Positions 8,464 through 17,941 of a DNA stretch of 64,000 bases are shown in pieces. Source of the stretch: a virus (taxonomy: Duplodnaviria; Caudoviricetes); the IMG/VR virus record IMGVR_UViG_3300037466_003849, positions 8,122 to 72,121 of that record. The stretch is one strand, 5' to 3'. The notes under the pieces were generated by a model, which made no database searches, was not told where the DNA came from, and worked only from the letters and a program-made list of their open reading frames with translations. Position numbers and translations under genes: made by a program. Each line of letters begins with the position of its first letter. Positions within the stretch are counted from its first letter, which is position 1.

Positions 8464-10740
8464 ATGACGATGGGATACGGCGAAGCCGCCCAACGCTATT
8501 GGGACCTGGGCTGGCACGGCGTCCTCCCGCTGCCGCCCGGCCGGAAGAAGCCCGTGCCGAAGGGCTACACCGGCTACGACGGCGTCTACCCGAAGTTCCC
8601 CGACGTGTTCGCCTGGGCCGAGGAGTTCCCGGACGGCAACGTGGGACTTCGTATGCCGGACAACGTCATTGGGCTGGACGTAGATTCTTACAACGGCAAG
8701 ACTGGCGGCGCGACCTACAACCGCGCCGTGAAGCTGTGGGGCACGCTGCCGCCGACATGGATGTCCACCTCGCGCTCCGACGGGATGTCCGGCATTCGGA
8801 TGTACCGGGTGCCGCCCGGCACGCGCCTGATCACCCAGCTTGGCTTCGCCGACGAGGGCATCGGCCACGTCGAGATCGTGCAGCGGGTGCACCGCTACGC
8901 CGTCGTCGCGCCGTCGATCCACCCGGACACCGGCAAGGAGTACCGCTGGGCGGACCCGGAGGGCTACTGGGCCGAGGAGTGGCCCGCGGTCGAGGATCTG
9001 CCCGAGCTGCCCCAGCGCTGGCTCGAGGCGCTCACCGAAACCGGCGACGCCGACGTTGCTGACGTGGACGTGGCCGAGGTGCTGCGCGCTCTCCCGGCCG
9101 GACCGATGAACCCCTGGGTCCGCGAGCGCACCGACCAGGCCATCGCCGACCTGGCGGCGAAGAAGGACTCCCGCCACGACACCACCACCCGCCACGTCCT
9201 GGCGCTGCTGCGCCTGGCCGAGACCGGCCGCGAGGGCGTCGCCCAGGCGCTCAAGGAGCTCGGCAAGGCGTTCGTGGCGGCCGTCGCGCCCGACCGCGGC
9301 GAGGGCGAGGCCAAGAGCGAGTACACCCGGATGGTCGTCGGCAAGCGCGGGCACGGCTTGATCGCCGCGACGCCGACCGTCGACATCGCCGCCATCTCCG
9401 GCGTCGCCAAGGAGCAGTGGCAACTGGCGGGCGCGCAGGCGCCGCAGGAGCCCCCGGCCACACCGGAACCCTCGGTGACCGTCGTTGAGCCGCCAGCGGA
9501 GCCGCCAGCCCCGCCGGAGTCGCCATTCGCGGACTTCTGGGAGGAGCGGGCGTCGCTGCGCACGATCCGCACCTTCGCCTACAGCCGGATGTGCTCGCCG
9601 TGGTCGGTGCTGGGCGTGGTGATGGCGCGGGCGCTGACCATGGTGCCGCCGTGGATCACCTTGCCGCCGTTGATCGGCGGCCGGGGATCGCTGAACACCT
9701 TCATCGCCCTCGTCGGCCCGTCCGGCGGCGGCAAGGGCGCCAGCGAGTCTGCGGCGGGGGAGCTGCTCCCGGCCAAGATCCACATCGCCCCGCTCGGCTC
9801 CGGCGAAGGCATCGCCCACCAGTACGCCCACTACGACACCAAGGACAAGCAGATCGTCTGGGACCGTACGGCGGTGATGTTCTCCGAGAGCGAAATCGAC
9901 ACCCTCGCAGGCATTTCCGCGCGCACCGGCTCGACGCTGATGGGCAAGATCCGCAACGCCTTCTCCGGCGAGGAGATCGGTTTCTCCTACGCGGACTCGT
10001 CGCGGCGCATCACCCTCGGCCGCCACGAGTACCGGCTGACGCTGGTGCTGGGCGTGCAGCCGACGCGGGCGGCCACCCTGATCGGCGACGCCCACGGCGG
10101 CACGCCGCAGCGCTTCGTGTGGATGCCCACCGTCGACCCCGGCATCTCGATCAATCCACCGGCGTCGCCACCGTCGATCGTGCTCCGGCCGCAATGGGAC
10201 TCCTACGCCCGCTCTGTCGCCGTTCCCGGCGTCGCCCGGCACGAGATCCTCGACAACCACGTCCGGCGCGCACGAGGCGAAGGAGACGCCCTCGACGGGC
10301 ACAGCCTGTTCACCCGGCTCAAGGTCGCCACCGCGCTGGCGATCCTGGACGGCCGCATCGACATCAACGAGGAGGACTGGGAATTGTCGGCGACGGTCAT
10401 GGAGGTCAGCGACGAAACCCGCGAGCTCTGCACGAAGGAGATCCGCCGAGCCGAGAAGGAGGAGAACCAGCAGCGCGGCGAAGCCCTCGGCGTCCAGCGC
10501 GCCGTGGCCGATGCCGTGGCCGAGGAGGCGAAGGTGGCGCGGGTGGCGGGCTGGATCGTCCGCAAGCTCGGCGAACTCGGCGGCGGGGCGAGCTGGTCGC
10601 GCCTGCACCGCCGGATGGCCAACCGCGATCGGGAGTACCTGGAACCCGCGTTGATGCGCCTGGCCGAGGATGTCCGGATCACCGTCACCGAAGACCGCGA
10701 GATCCGGCTCTACGAGGCATCGCAGGCGGGGGCGGCGTGA
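8464..10740 (+). CDS. Bifunctional primase-polymerase fused to a P-loop NTPase/helicase domain
   Basis: N-terminal Prim-Pol motifs (VLPLPPGRKKP, NVGL, GLDVDSY, YAVVAPSIHP) and Walker A VGPSGGGKG. Confidence 0.85.
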   Translation: MTMGYGEAAQRYWDLGWHGVLPLPPGRKKPVPKGYTGYDGVYPKFPDVFAWAEEFPDGNVGLRMPDNVIGLDVDSYNGKTGGATYNRAVKLWGTLPPTWMSTSRSDGMSGIRMYRVPPGTRLITQLGFADEGIGHVEIVQRVHRYAVVAPSIHPDTGKEYRWADPEGYWAEEWPAVEDLPELPQRWLEALTETGDADVADVDVAEVLRALPAGPMNPWVRERTDQAIADLAAKKDSRHDTTTRHVLALLRLAETGREGVAQALKELGKAFVAAVAPDRGEGEAKSEYTRMVVGKRGHGLIAATPTVDIAAISGVAKEQWQLAGAQAPQEPPATPEPSVTVVEPPAEPPAPPESPFADFWEERASLRTIRTFAYSRMCSPWSVLGVVMARALTMVPPWITLPPLIGGRGSLNTFIALVGPSGGGKGASESAAGELLPAKIHIAPLGSGEGIAHQYAHYDTKDKQIVWDRTAVMFSESEIDTLAGISARTGSTLMGKIRNAFSGEEIGFSYADSSRRITLGRHEYRLTLVLGVQPTRAATLIGDAHGGTPQRFVWMPTVDPGISINPPASPPSIVLRPQWDSYARSVAVPGVARHEILDNHVRRARGEGDALDGHSLFTRLKVATALAILDGRIDINEEDWELSATVMEVSDETRELCTKEIRRAEKEENQQRGEALGVQRAVADAVAEEAKVARVAGWIVRKLGELGGGASWSRLHRRMANRDREYLEPALMRLAEDVRITVTEDREIRLYEASQAGAA

Positions 10741-11100
10741 AAACAGACCAGGCGGTGCGGAGTGTGGACAAAATGTCCACACCGCGTCGAAAAAATTTTC
10801 GCGCCCTAAGACATTAAAGACGTTAAGAGAGTAAAGACGTTAAGTCGTTAATGTCTTTGAAGAGAGTGAAGTCTTTGAAGGCGTTGAAGACGTTACGAGT
10901 GTAATTCGAAACCGAAATCGAAGTCCAACACCTCTGAACATTCGGCGTGTCGACGTGGCGTCGAACACAAACAGACCGAGCGGTGCGGAAAGTGTGGACA
11001 CGGTGTGGACATCAATGTCCACGATGCCGATCCATCTTCACCGACGTTGATCTATTCACCGGGAATTCCGATGTCCCACGTTGTCCCACGAAGTCCATCC
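10741..11100. other. Putative replication origin (iterons plus DnaA-box-like palindromes)
   Basis: Directly after the primase gene. About 8 AAGACGTT-like repeats at 10808-10894; GTGTGGACA-AAA-TGTCCACAC at 10762-10782; GTGGACAT-CA-ATGTCCAC at 11005-11022. Confidence 0.65.
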
Positions 11101-11123
11101 ATCTAAACCGAGGTAAACCGATA

Positions 11124-11465
11124 ATGGCGAAGAAGGCCCCGGTGACACGGTCGGCCCCACGCCGTGGCACCTGCACCGTCTGCAAGGAGAAGATCGTCCT
11201 CTACCTGCGAGACGGTCTCGACATCGTTCTCGATGCCCAGCCGATCAACCTGCGAGGCGAGGCGGCGTCACTACTGGCAGGCCATCAGACCTGGCACTGG
11301 ATCGAGGGCAGGATGCATCGGCGATCGGAGCCGTATATCCGCCTGGAGCCACACCCGATGCTGGGCACGATTCATCGACTGCACCACTGCGGCGAGATCG
11401 TGGCCGACGAGCACAAGTTCGTGCCGAGAAAGCCGGATTACGACAGCGATATCCCACCCTTCTGA
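11124..11465 (+). CDS. Hypothetical protein with CxxC motif
   Basis: GAGGT RBS; CTVC...HHC; ends DIPPF. Confidence 0.65.
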   Translation: MAKKAPVTRSAPRRGTCTVCKEKIVLYLRDGLDIVLDAQPINLRGEAASLLAGHQTWHWIEGRMHRRSEPYIRLEPHPMLGTIHRLHHCGEIVADEHKFVPRKPDYDSDIPPF

Positions 11466-11589
11466 ATAGGGCTGGGGAAGTGCCCGCCCGCTGCCGCGTG
11501 CGGTCATTCCACCGGGATTGTCTAGTACGCATGACACCCCCGACCCGGTGAGAAAATTGAGAGGGGGAGAAATTCGAAAGGAATTCATT

Positions 11590-12081
11590 GTGGGCCACAC
11601 CTATGCCTACATCGACAAAAACGGAAATTATCGGTGGACGGAGGCGAGGCGAGTCGGAAACCGCATCGTCGGCCACGACGGCATCGCAGTCGAAATAGGG
11701 GCTGGCGTCGATCGCGACGAAATCGAGATGCGCCGGGGCACCGGCCGCTCCGCGACCAACTGGTTCTCCTTCACGATCCCCGCCGATCCCACCTCCGAGG
11801 GGCTGTATCACCCGGCCAACTGGGCCGCCTTCCTCGGTGCCGCGTTCCGCATCTACCGCCAGGAGGTCAACGACGACGCGGAGGCCACGGCCAAGGCCCG
11901 CAAGTCCGACGAGGAGGAGGCTGCCGCCCTGGCCGCCGCCCACGAGGCCCGGATCGCCTCCCTCGCCGCCGATCTGCGCGAGAGCACCGTGCCCTACACC
12001 GGCGCCCCATCCGCCGACGAGTACTACACGCACATGGCGCGCATCGCCGTCGCCCACCTCGATGCCGGAGTCGGCCGATGA
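11590..12081 (+). CDS. Hypothetical protein (paralog array member)
   Basis: GAAAGGA RBS upstream of the GTG at 11590; coiled-coil C-terminal half. Confidence 0.7.
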   Translation: MGHTYAYIDKNGNYRWTEARRVGNRIVGHDGIAVEIGAGVDRDEIEMRRGTGRSATNWFSFTIPADPTSEGLYHPANWAAFLGAAFRIYRQEVNDDAEATAKARKSDEEEAAALAAAHEARIASLAADLRESTVPYTGAPSADEYYTHMARIAVAHLDAGVGR

Positions 12082-12497
12082 GCCGCCTCGCCGACGAGTA
12101 CTGGGGCCTGGACGAGAACTGCATCGCCGTCTGCCACAGGCTCCACCGCAACGGCGACATGATCGTGGACGAGACCGGGCGCTTCATCGAGATCCCGCCG
12201 CCGGTCGAGGGGCAGGTCGACCAGGCCCTCCTCGACACGATCGACAAGCGCTCGAAGGCCCGGCTGCGCGAGGGCTACCGCAACTTCACCCTCGGCGCCT
12301 TCTACTCCGGCGCAGTCGAATTCGTGAAGGCCGAGGCCCGCGACCAGCTCCCCCCGGCTCGGCAGCCCGACGCCGACACCGAGCTCGCGAACGCCTTGCG
12401 CGCCAGCGTTCCCCGCCTCGGCGGCGTCACCGGCGATGACTACTACCTCACCCTCGCCCGCGCCGCCCGCGCTCACCTCGAAGGGAAAACCGCGTGA
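12078..12497 (+). CDS. Hypothetical protein (shares a C-terminal module with 11590..12081)
   Basis: ATGA overlap; DDYYLTLARAARAHLEG versus DEYYTHMARIAVAHLDA. Confidence 0.7.
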   Translation: MSRLADEYWGLDENCIAVCHRLHRNGDMIVDETGRFIEIPPPVEGQVDQALLDTIDKRSKARLREGYRNFTLGAFYSGAVEFVKAEARDQLPPARQPDADTELANALRASVPRLGGVTGDDYYLTLARAARAHLEGKTA

Positions 12498-12967
12498 CCG
12501 ACTACAACTACCTCGCCGTCGCGAACAACGGCCAGCTCCGGCAGCACGGCATCGTCCGTAGCGGCATCTACCTCACCAACGTCGCTGCGCCGCATGGCCA
12601 GAACTTCGAAACGGCCGTGGAAGTGGTCCAGGTGTACGCGCCACTGAAGCCGACGAACAACTCGGTCGACTTCTACCGCAAGCAGATCGTCAAGCGCCGC
12701 GCCGATGTCCTCACGCAGATCAACCAGGCCCGCAACGAGCTCAACGTGCTCGACGCCGTCCTGCCGATCTACGACGCCGAGATCGCCGCCGCCGAGAAGG
12801 CCGCCAAGGAGGACGAGGCCAAGAAGGCGCAGCAGGAGAAGGACCGCGAGTTCGCCGCGACGATCCTCAACGCCGCCCGCGCCTACGACAGCCAGGGCGG
12901 CACCACCGAGGACTTTGCCGCCCGTATCCGCCGGATCGTCGCCGACGACGAGGCGGGCGAGCGCTGA
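12494..12967 (+). CDS. Hypothetical protein (paralog array member)
   Basis: GTGA overlap; coiled-coil segment. Confidence 0.75.
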   Translation: MTDYNYLAVANNGQLRQHGIVRSGIYLTNVAAPHGQNFETAVEVVQVYAPLKPTNNSVDFYRKQIVKRRADVLTQINQARNELNVLDAVLPIYDAEIAAAEKAAKEDEAKKAQQEKDREFAATILNAARAYDSQGGTTEDFAARIRRIVADDEAGER

Positions 12968-12969
12968 CC

Positions 12970-13416
12970 ATGTACTACACCCACGACAAGGACGGCAAGC
13001 AGCACAGCTGGTCCATCAAGCGTGAAGGCGCCACCCTGAAGGGTCACCGCCGCGTCATCGTCACAGACCCCGCCTCGCTCGGCGCGAACCCGATCCGCAC
13101 CCGCGCGAACATCGAGGAGCACCTCCGGCGCTCACGCAACGATGTCGCCTTCTATACCGACGCGCTGCGGCATTTCGACCGCGAGGTCGAGGAGTCCGAG
13201 GCCGCTCGCATCAACGCCGAGCTGACGGCGAAGGCCAGCGCCGACGCCCAGAAGGTCTCGAAGTTCCTTCAGACGGTGGGCGAGGCCATGAAAACGGCTA
13301 CGCGCGTGATGAATTCGGAGACCATCTCGCCCGAGCTCGTCGCCGAGGCGGACCGCCAGTGCGCCGCGCTGGCCGAGGCGATGGACACCGTGCTGACGAT
13401 CGAGGAGCCGCGGTGA
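12970..13416 (+). CDS. Hypothetical protein (paralog array member)
   Basis: WSIKREG...FYTDALRHFDREV. Confidence 0.75.
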   Translation: MYYTHDKDGKQHSWSIKREGATLKGHRRVIVTDPASLGANPIRTRANIEEHLRRSRNDVAFYTDALRHFDREVEESEAARINAELTAKASADAQKVSKFLQTVGEAMKTATRVMNSETISPELVAEADRQCAALAEAMDTVLTIEEPR

Positions 13417-13841
13417 AGGAACACAGTTACGCCGCCCGCGCCCCCAAGGGCGACGCCGTCGTCACCTACACCATCCGCCGTGATGGCGGCTCTCTCGGAG
13501 GCCACATCTCCGTCCTGGTGCCCGACCCGGCCCGCCACGCCGAGGCCCTCGTCGCCCGAGGCCGCCAGGACCTGCTCGACGCGATGAAGTTCGAAGCCGA
13601 GCGAATCCGGGAGCACAAGGAGCGCTTCAGCTTCTACAGCTCGGCGCTGGCCCACTACGACGAGGAATGTGCCGAGGTCGCCGAGGCGGCGAAGAAGGCC
13701 CGCGTCGCCGAGATCCGCGACGAGCTGAGCGACCTCTGGCGTCAGCCCGGATCGGTGCCCGCATTCCTGACGACTGTCGCCCGCTACATCGCCGACAACG
13801 TCCCGCCCGACGCCGCGCCGCTGAAGGCGGACCCGCGGTGA
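13413..13841 (+). CDS. Hypothetical protein (paralog array member)
   Basis: YTIRRDG...FYSSALAHYDEEC. Confidence 0.75.
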   Translation: MKEHSYAARAPKGDAVVTYTIRRDGGSLGGHISVLVPDPARHAEALVARGRQDLLDAMKFEAERIREHKERFSFYSSALAHYDEECAEVAEAAKKARVAEIRDELSDLWRQPGSVPAFLTTVARYIADNVPPDAAPLKADPR

Positions 13842-14524
13842 ACGACAGCGTCGGCCACCACGCCATGGGGATCAACCCCTTTCTGCCCCAGCCACTTCCG
13901 AACCCGCTCACCCTCGCCGACCTGGCCCATTTTCGCTATCTCGGCTTCGCACCAGGAGGAATCCCTATGGTCAACAACCCCTACTCCCGCGGCGGCGTCA
14001 TTCCGATCCCTGCGACCAACCCCTACGACTTCGGTGGCATCCTCTCGCCAGGCATGACCGCCGTCGCGGCCCCCCGCTTCACCGCCTACGAAGGCCGCGA
14101 CAACGAGGGCAAGAAGGTCACCTACTACGTCCGCCGCGACGGCGACGACATCGTGACCTCGTTCGGGATGCGCATCCCCGCGCCGAAACCCGGCAGTGGC
14201 GTCAATGTCGTCGAGAATCTGCGCAGCCTGCGTGAGAAGGCCGAGACCCGCAAGGCCAACTTCGAGCGCCAGGCCGCCCACTGCGCGCGGATGATCGCCA
14301 CCTACGAGGCGGCATCGAAGCTCTACGCCGCGGAGGCCGCCGACGCCGCCCGCGAGGAGCGCCGCAGGGGCATCGAGAAGCTTGCCGGTGACCTGATGAG
14401 CGAATACGGCAAGGCCGCCCCGTTCACCGGGGTCAGCGTGCCCGGCTTCGAGAAGCTCGCCGAGCACGTCCAGAAGCTCATCGACGACGCCGTCGCCGCC
14501 GTGACGAAGGCGGGTGTCCTGTGA
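13838..14524 (+). CDS. Hypothetical protein (paralog array member with N-terminal extension)
   Basis: YYVRRDG...YEAASKLYAAEA...AEHVQKLIDDA. Confidence 0.7.
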   Translation: MNDSVGHHAMGINPFLPQPLPNPLTLADLAHFRYLGFAPGGIPMVNNPYSRGGVIPIPATNPYDFGGILSPGMTAVAAPRFTAYEGRDNEGKKVTYYVRRDGDDIVTSFGMRIPAPKPGSGVNVVENLRSLREKAETRKANFERQAAHCARMIATYEAASKLYAAEAADAAREERRRGIEKLAGDLMSEYGKAAPFTGVSVPGFEKLAEHVQKLIDDAVAAVTKAGVL

Positions 14525-14832
14525 GCGTCGGCAAGCAGATCGCCCTCGCGATGGGCGTGGTCGCCGCGATCGTCGTCATCAGCGTCGGCGGCTGGCAACT
14601 GCACTGGTGGATGGCCCGCCACGGCGTCAACAACCGCTACCAGGTCAACACGTCGTCGCAGGAGTACCAGTCGAGCCTGGTCACCCAGGAGCGCGACCGC
14701 GCGCTGGCCTTCGACAAGTCGCAGGACACCGAGCAGCGCGCCGTCATCCGCGCCCAGTTCTGCCAGGTGCTGGCCGACATCCACCCCATCCCCGCCGACA
14801 TCGAACTCGATGCGGCCCACCTCAACTGCTGA
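14521..14832 (+). CDS. Membrane-anchored or secreted protein
   Basis: N-terminal TM segment (IALAMGVVAAIVVISVGGW); two C-terminal Cys. Confidence 0.7.
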   Translation: MSVGKQIALAMGVVAAIVVISVGGWQLHWWMARHGVNNRYQVNTSSQEYQSSLVTQERDRALAFDKSQDTEQRAVIRAQFCQVLADIHPIPADIELDAAHLNC

Positions 14833-14847
14833 AAGGCCACTGCCACA

Positions 14848-15420
14848 ATGAAACTCGGAACCGTCGCTCTCGGGAGCGCGATCCTGTCCGCCGGTATTCT
14901 CCTGACCGCCGCGTGCAGCCAGAACAACACCGCGGCCAGCCACGACCAGGCGGTGCTCAACCAGGCCCTCGACGCCTTCCAGCGCACCCAGCCGATCCCG
15001 CAGGCGACCTGGTCGCAGATGCGCGAGTCGCTGATCCAGATCGAGAACGCCCGCATTCACGGCATCGCCACCACGACCTTCTTCTACAACATGGGGTCGA
15101 ACGTGCCGATCAAGTCGTGCGCCTCGACCGGTTTCCCGATCCCGGCCACCGCGCAGCTGACCAACCCGTCGCAGCTGTCCTGGCTGGTCGCGAACCAGAA
15201 CACCATCGACGGCGTCATCGGCCAGATGGAGCCCAACGGCACCTTCACCGGCGACTCGGCGGGCACCTACGTCACCTGCGCCGGGCCGAACGGCTCGACG
15301 TATGAGACCTACTGGGAAGGCCCGGTGGAGACCGAGGGCGGCCCCGCCCACTACGACCCCGACGCCCGCCAGATCGTCCTCGACGGCGCGCCGACCGTGA
15401 CCGCGAAGGGCGGAAAGTGA
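14848..15420 (+). CDS. Lipoprotein
   Basis: Signal peptide ending in a lipobox-like LTAAC-SQ. Confidence 0.75.
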   Translation: MKLGTVALGSAILSAGILLTAACSQNNTAASHDQAVLNQALDAFQRTQPIPQATWSQMRESLIQIENARIHGIATTTFFYNMGSNVPIKSCASTGFPIPATAQLTNPSQLSWLVANQNTIDGVIGQMEPNGTFTGDSAGTYVTCAGPNGSTYETYWEGPVETEGGPAHYDPDARQIVLDGAPTVTAKGGK

Positions 15421-16238
15421 TGACCGAGACCGCAACCACCGCAACCACCGCGGCGACCGCCACCGACGCCGTCATGGTCTCGGTGCCCGGCACCGACACC
15501 CCGCTGGTCGCCCAGCTGATCAACGGCGAGCCCTACGCCGCGCTGCGCCCGATGTGCGACGCGATCGGCCTGGACTACTCCAGTCAGTGGTCGAAGCTGA
15601 AGACCAAGTCGTGGGCGAACGTGGCGATCAGCCCGACGGTTGCCGCCGATGGCAAGGTCCGCGACATGGTCCTCGTCGACCGCCGCACGCTGACGATGTG
15701 GCTGGCGACGATCACCGAGACCCGGATCGCCCCGGATCTCCAGCCGACCATCCGCGCCTTCCAGGCCGAGGCCGCCGACGCCCTCGACGCCTACTTCCAC
15801 GAGGGCGGTGCGATCAACCCGAACGCCACCGACGACCAGCTCGACCGGCTGACCGAGCGTGCCCGCGCGCAGATGGAGCTCATCCAGTCGGCGAAGGGAA
15901 TCATCAACCCCGAGCACCTGGAGACGAGGGCTCGTCTGGTGCTGGCCCGCGGTCTCGGCGAGGTGCCCGAGATCGAACCGGAGGACATGCCGCTCTACAC
16001 CCAGACCTACCTGGAGGACCGCGGCGTCGACCGCGAGCGTATCCAGCGGATCGCGGGCGCGTTCGGCAAGAAGGTCAAGATGGCCTACCGGCTGAAGTAC
16101 GGCAAGGAGCCGGGCAAGTACCCGATCACCGCCCTCAACGGTCAGGTCCGCATGGCCTACGCCTACGTCGAGGCCGACCGGCCGCTGCTCGACGAGATCT
16201 ACCGGGAGTTCTACGCCGACGAGGCGGTGAAGTCGTGA
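15417..16238 (+). CDS. Antirepressor (P22 AR N-terminal domain)
   Basis: INGEPYAALRPMCDAIGLDYSSQWSKLK...LTMWLATI. Confidence 0.85.
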   Translation: MMTETATTATTAATATDAVMVSVPGTDTPLVAQLINGEPYAALRPMCDAIGLDYSSQWSKLKTKSWANVAISPTVAADGKVRDMVLVDRRTLTMWLATITETRIAPDLQPTIRAFQAEAADALDAYFHEGGAINPNATDDQLDRLTERARAQMELIQSAKGIINPEHLETRARLVLARGLGEVPEIEPEDMPLYTQTYLEDRGVDRERIQRIAGAFGKKVKMAYRLKYGKEPGKYPITALNGQVRMAYAYVEADRPLLDEIYREFYADEAVKS

Positions 16239-16756
16239 CGATGCCCGAGAATGCCAACGGCAGCAACGGATTCCTCGTCGGAGGTGGTGGCGGCTCCGGC
16301 CCAGGGTGGCGCGATCTTGCCGCCGTCGGCGCCCTCGCCCAGCCCGTCGGCAGCTTCCGCTGGATACACCCCGGCGGCGAGATGAACTCCCTGCGCGACC
16401 TCTACTTCAACGGAAACGCGGTCACCGCCATCGACTCGTACATCAACGCCTATGTCGGCGACGATGCCACGAAGGTCGACCAGGCCCGCAACGAGATCGC
16501 GGAGTCGATCCGCCGCGCCCGCAACCGGCTGGCCTTCCTCGAAGCCGCCAAGGAGATCCACGACGGCAAGATCGCCGAGCTCGACAAGGCCAAGCAGGCT
16601 GATCGCCTGGCCGAGGTCGAGGCGCTGTGCGACAGCATCCGCGAGGTCTGGATCAACGACCCCAGCCCGATGGCGGGCGACCGCATCCACCGTGTGGCCG
16701 AACATGTCCAGACGCTGATCGAGGCCGCCAAGGCCGGAAAGGACGGCGCGAAGTGA
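16235..16756 (+). CDS. Hypothetical protein related to the 11.6-14.5 kb paralogs
   Basis: RRARNRLAFLEAAKEIHDGKIAE...AEHVQTLIEAA. Confidence 0.7.
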   Translation: MTMPENANGSNGFLVGGGGGSGPGWRDLAAVGALAQPVGSFRWIHPGGEMNSLRDLYFNGNAVTAIDSYINAYVGDDATKVDQARNEIAESIRRARNRLAFLEAAKEIHDGKIAELDKAKQADRLAEVEALCDSIREVWINDPSPMAGDRIHRVAEHVQTLIEAAKAGKDGAK

Positions 16757-17544
16757 GCACCGCCCGCTACACCGTGCTGGCCGTCCCCGGCACCAGCGAG
16801 TCCCACGTCGGCGACACCCGCATGGAGCCCGTCGGGATGCTGAGCTACGTCACACGCGAGCTCGACCCGGCCGTCTTCGAGTGCCTGAATGTCGGCTACC
16901 CCAGCGCTTTCGGCTACCCGATGAGCGAGGATGAGTCGCTGGCGATGGCACTGAAGTCGCTGGAGGCGATGATCCGGGCGACGCCGCTGCCGGTGATCCT
17001 GCTCGGCTACAGCCAGGGCGCCCAGGTGGTGCGCAAGCTGCTGTGGCTGCTGTGCCAGCGCGATCTCAGCGTTGCCGACCTGGAGGTTGCCGGGGCCGGT
17101 CTCATCGCCGACCCGAACCGCAACGCCGGACTCAACGAGGGTCCGGTGCTGGACGGCTCCGGCATCGCCGGTGGCGGTGGACCGTGGCCGATGGGGATGC
17201 CGATGTGGGAGCTGGCGCTGCCGAATGACCCGATCGCCAACGCCCCCGCCGACAGCCTGCTCCGGCCGGTCGCCGACGTGCTGAAGTACTTCACCGCGGT
17301 GAACCTGCCGAGGTGGGGCGCCCAGATGGCCCACATGCTGCTCACCCGCGAGGGTTGGCAGCCCGGCGACTACAAGGTCACCCCGGTCACCGTGGAGCTG
17401 GCACTCGACGAGCTCGCCAACTACACCGTCCGCGGCTGCCACACCGCCTACGCCACAACGCATTTCCCCGGCACGGACCGCACCTACTGCGAGCACCTGG
17501 CCGACCTGATCACCGCACGATTCGGTGCAGGTGGAACCGCCTGA
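16753..17544 (+). CDS. Cutinase/PE-PPE-like serine esterase (LysB-like)
   Basis: VLAVPGTSE, GYSQGA nucleophile elbow, LIADPNR, and a terminal His in CHTAY. Confidence 0.8.
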   Translation: MSTARYTVLAVPGTSESHVGDTRMEPVGMLSYVTRELDPAVFECLNVGYPSAFGYPMSEDESLAMALKSLEAMIRATPLPVILLGYSQGAQVVRKLLWLLCQRDLSVADLEVAGAGLIADPNRNAGLNEGPVLDGSGIAGGGGPWPMGMPMWELALPNDPIANAPADSLLRPVADVLKYFTAVNLPRWGAQMAHMLLTREGWQPGDYKVTPVTVELALDELANYTVRGCHTAYATTHFPGTDRTYCEHLADLITARFGAGGTA

Positions 17545-17941
17545 CGACTGGCGGCAGCACGCGCAGTGCATCGGCTCCGACCCCGCGGCCTGGGACACCT
17601 CCTACTACCCGGAACCCCCAGGCCAACGGGCGGAGCTCGCCCGCAGGGTGTGCCGGGGCTGTGAGGTCCGCCAGGAGTGCGCGCAATGGGCGCTGAGCGT
17701 CCCGCACATCCACGGCGAGTACCTGACCGGCGTCGTGGTCGCCGGATTCGCCATGCACGGCAACCCCAGCGCCACCCGCGCGAACGAGAAGATCCGCCGC
17801 CGCATGGCCGCCCGCTACGACCTCCCCTATTCCAGCGCCTCGGCCACCGTGCGCCGCGCCGCCGCCAAGACATACGAGCAAGGACAAACCGATGACCATC
17901 AAGGAGAACCTGACCAAGGCCCTGGAGCAGCTGAGGGCTGA
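17525..17941 (+). CDS. WhiB-like transcription factor
   Basis: DWRQHAQC...ARRVCRGCEVRQECAQWAL. Confidence 0.85.
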   Translation: MQVEPPDDWRQHAQCIGSDPAAWDTSYYPEPPGQRAELARRVCRGCEVRQECAQWALSVPHIHGEYLTGVVVAGFAMHGNPSATRANEKIRRRMAARYDLPYSSASATVRRAAAKTYEQGQTDDHQGEPDQGPGAAEG

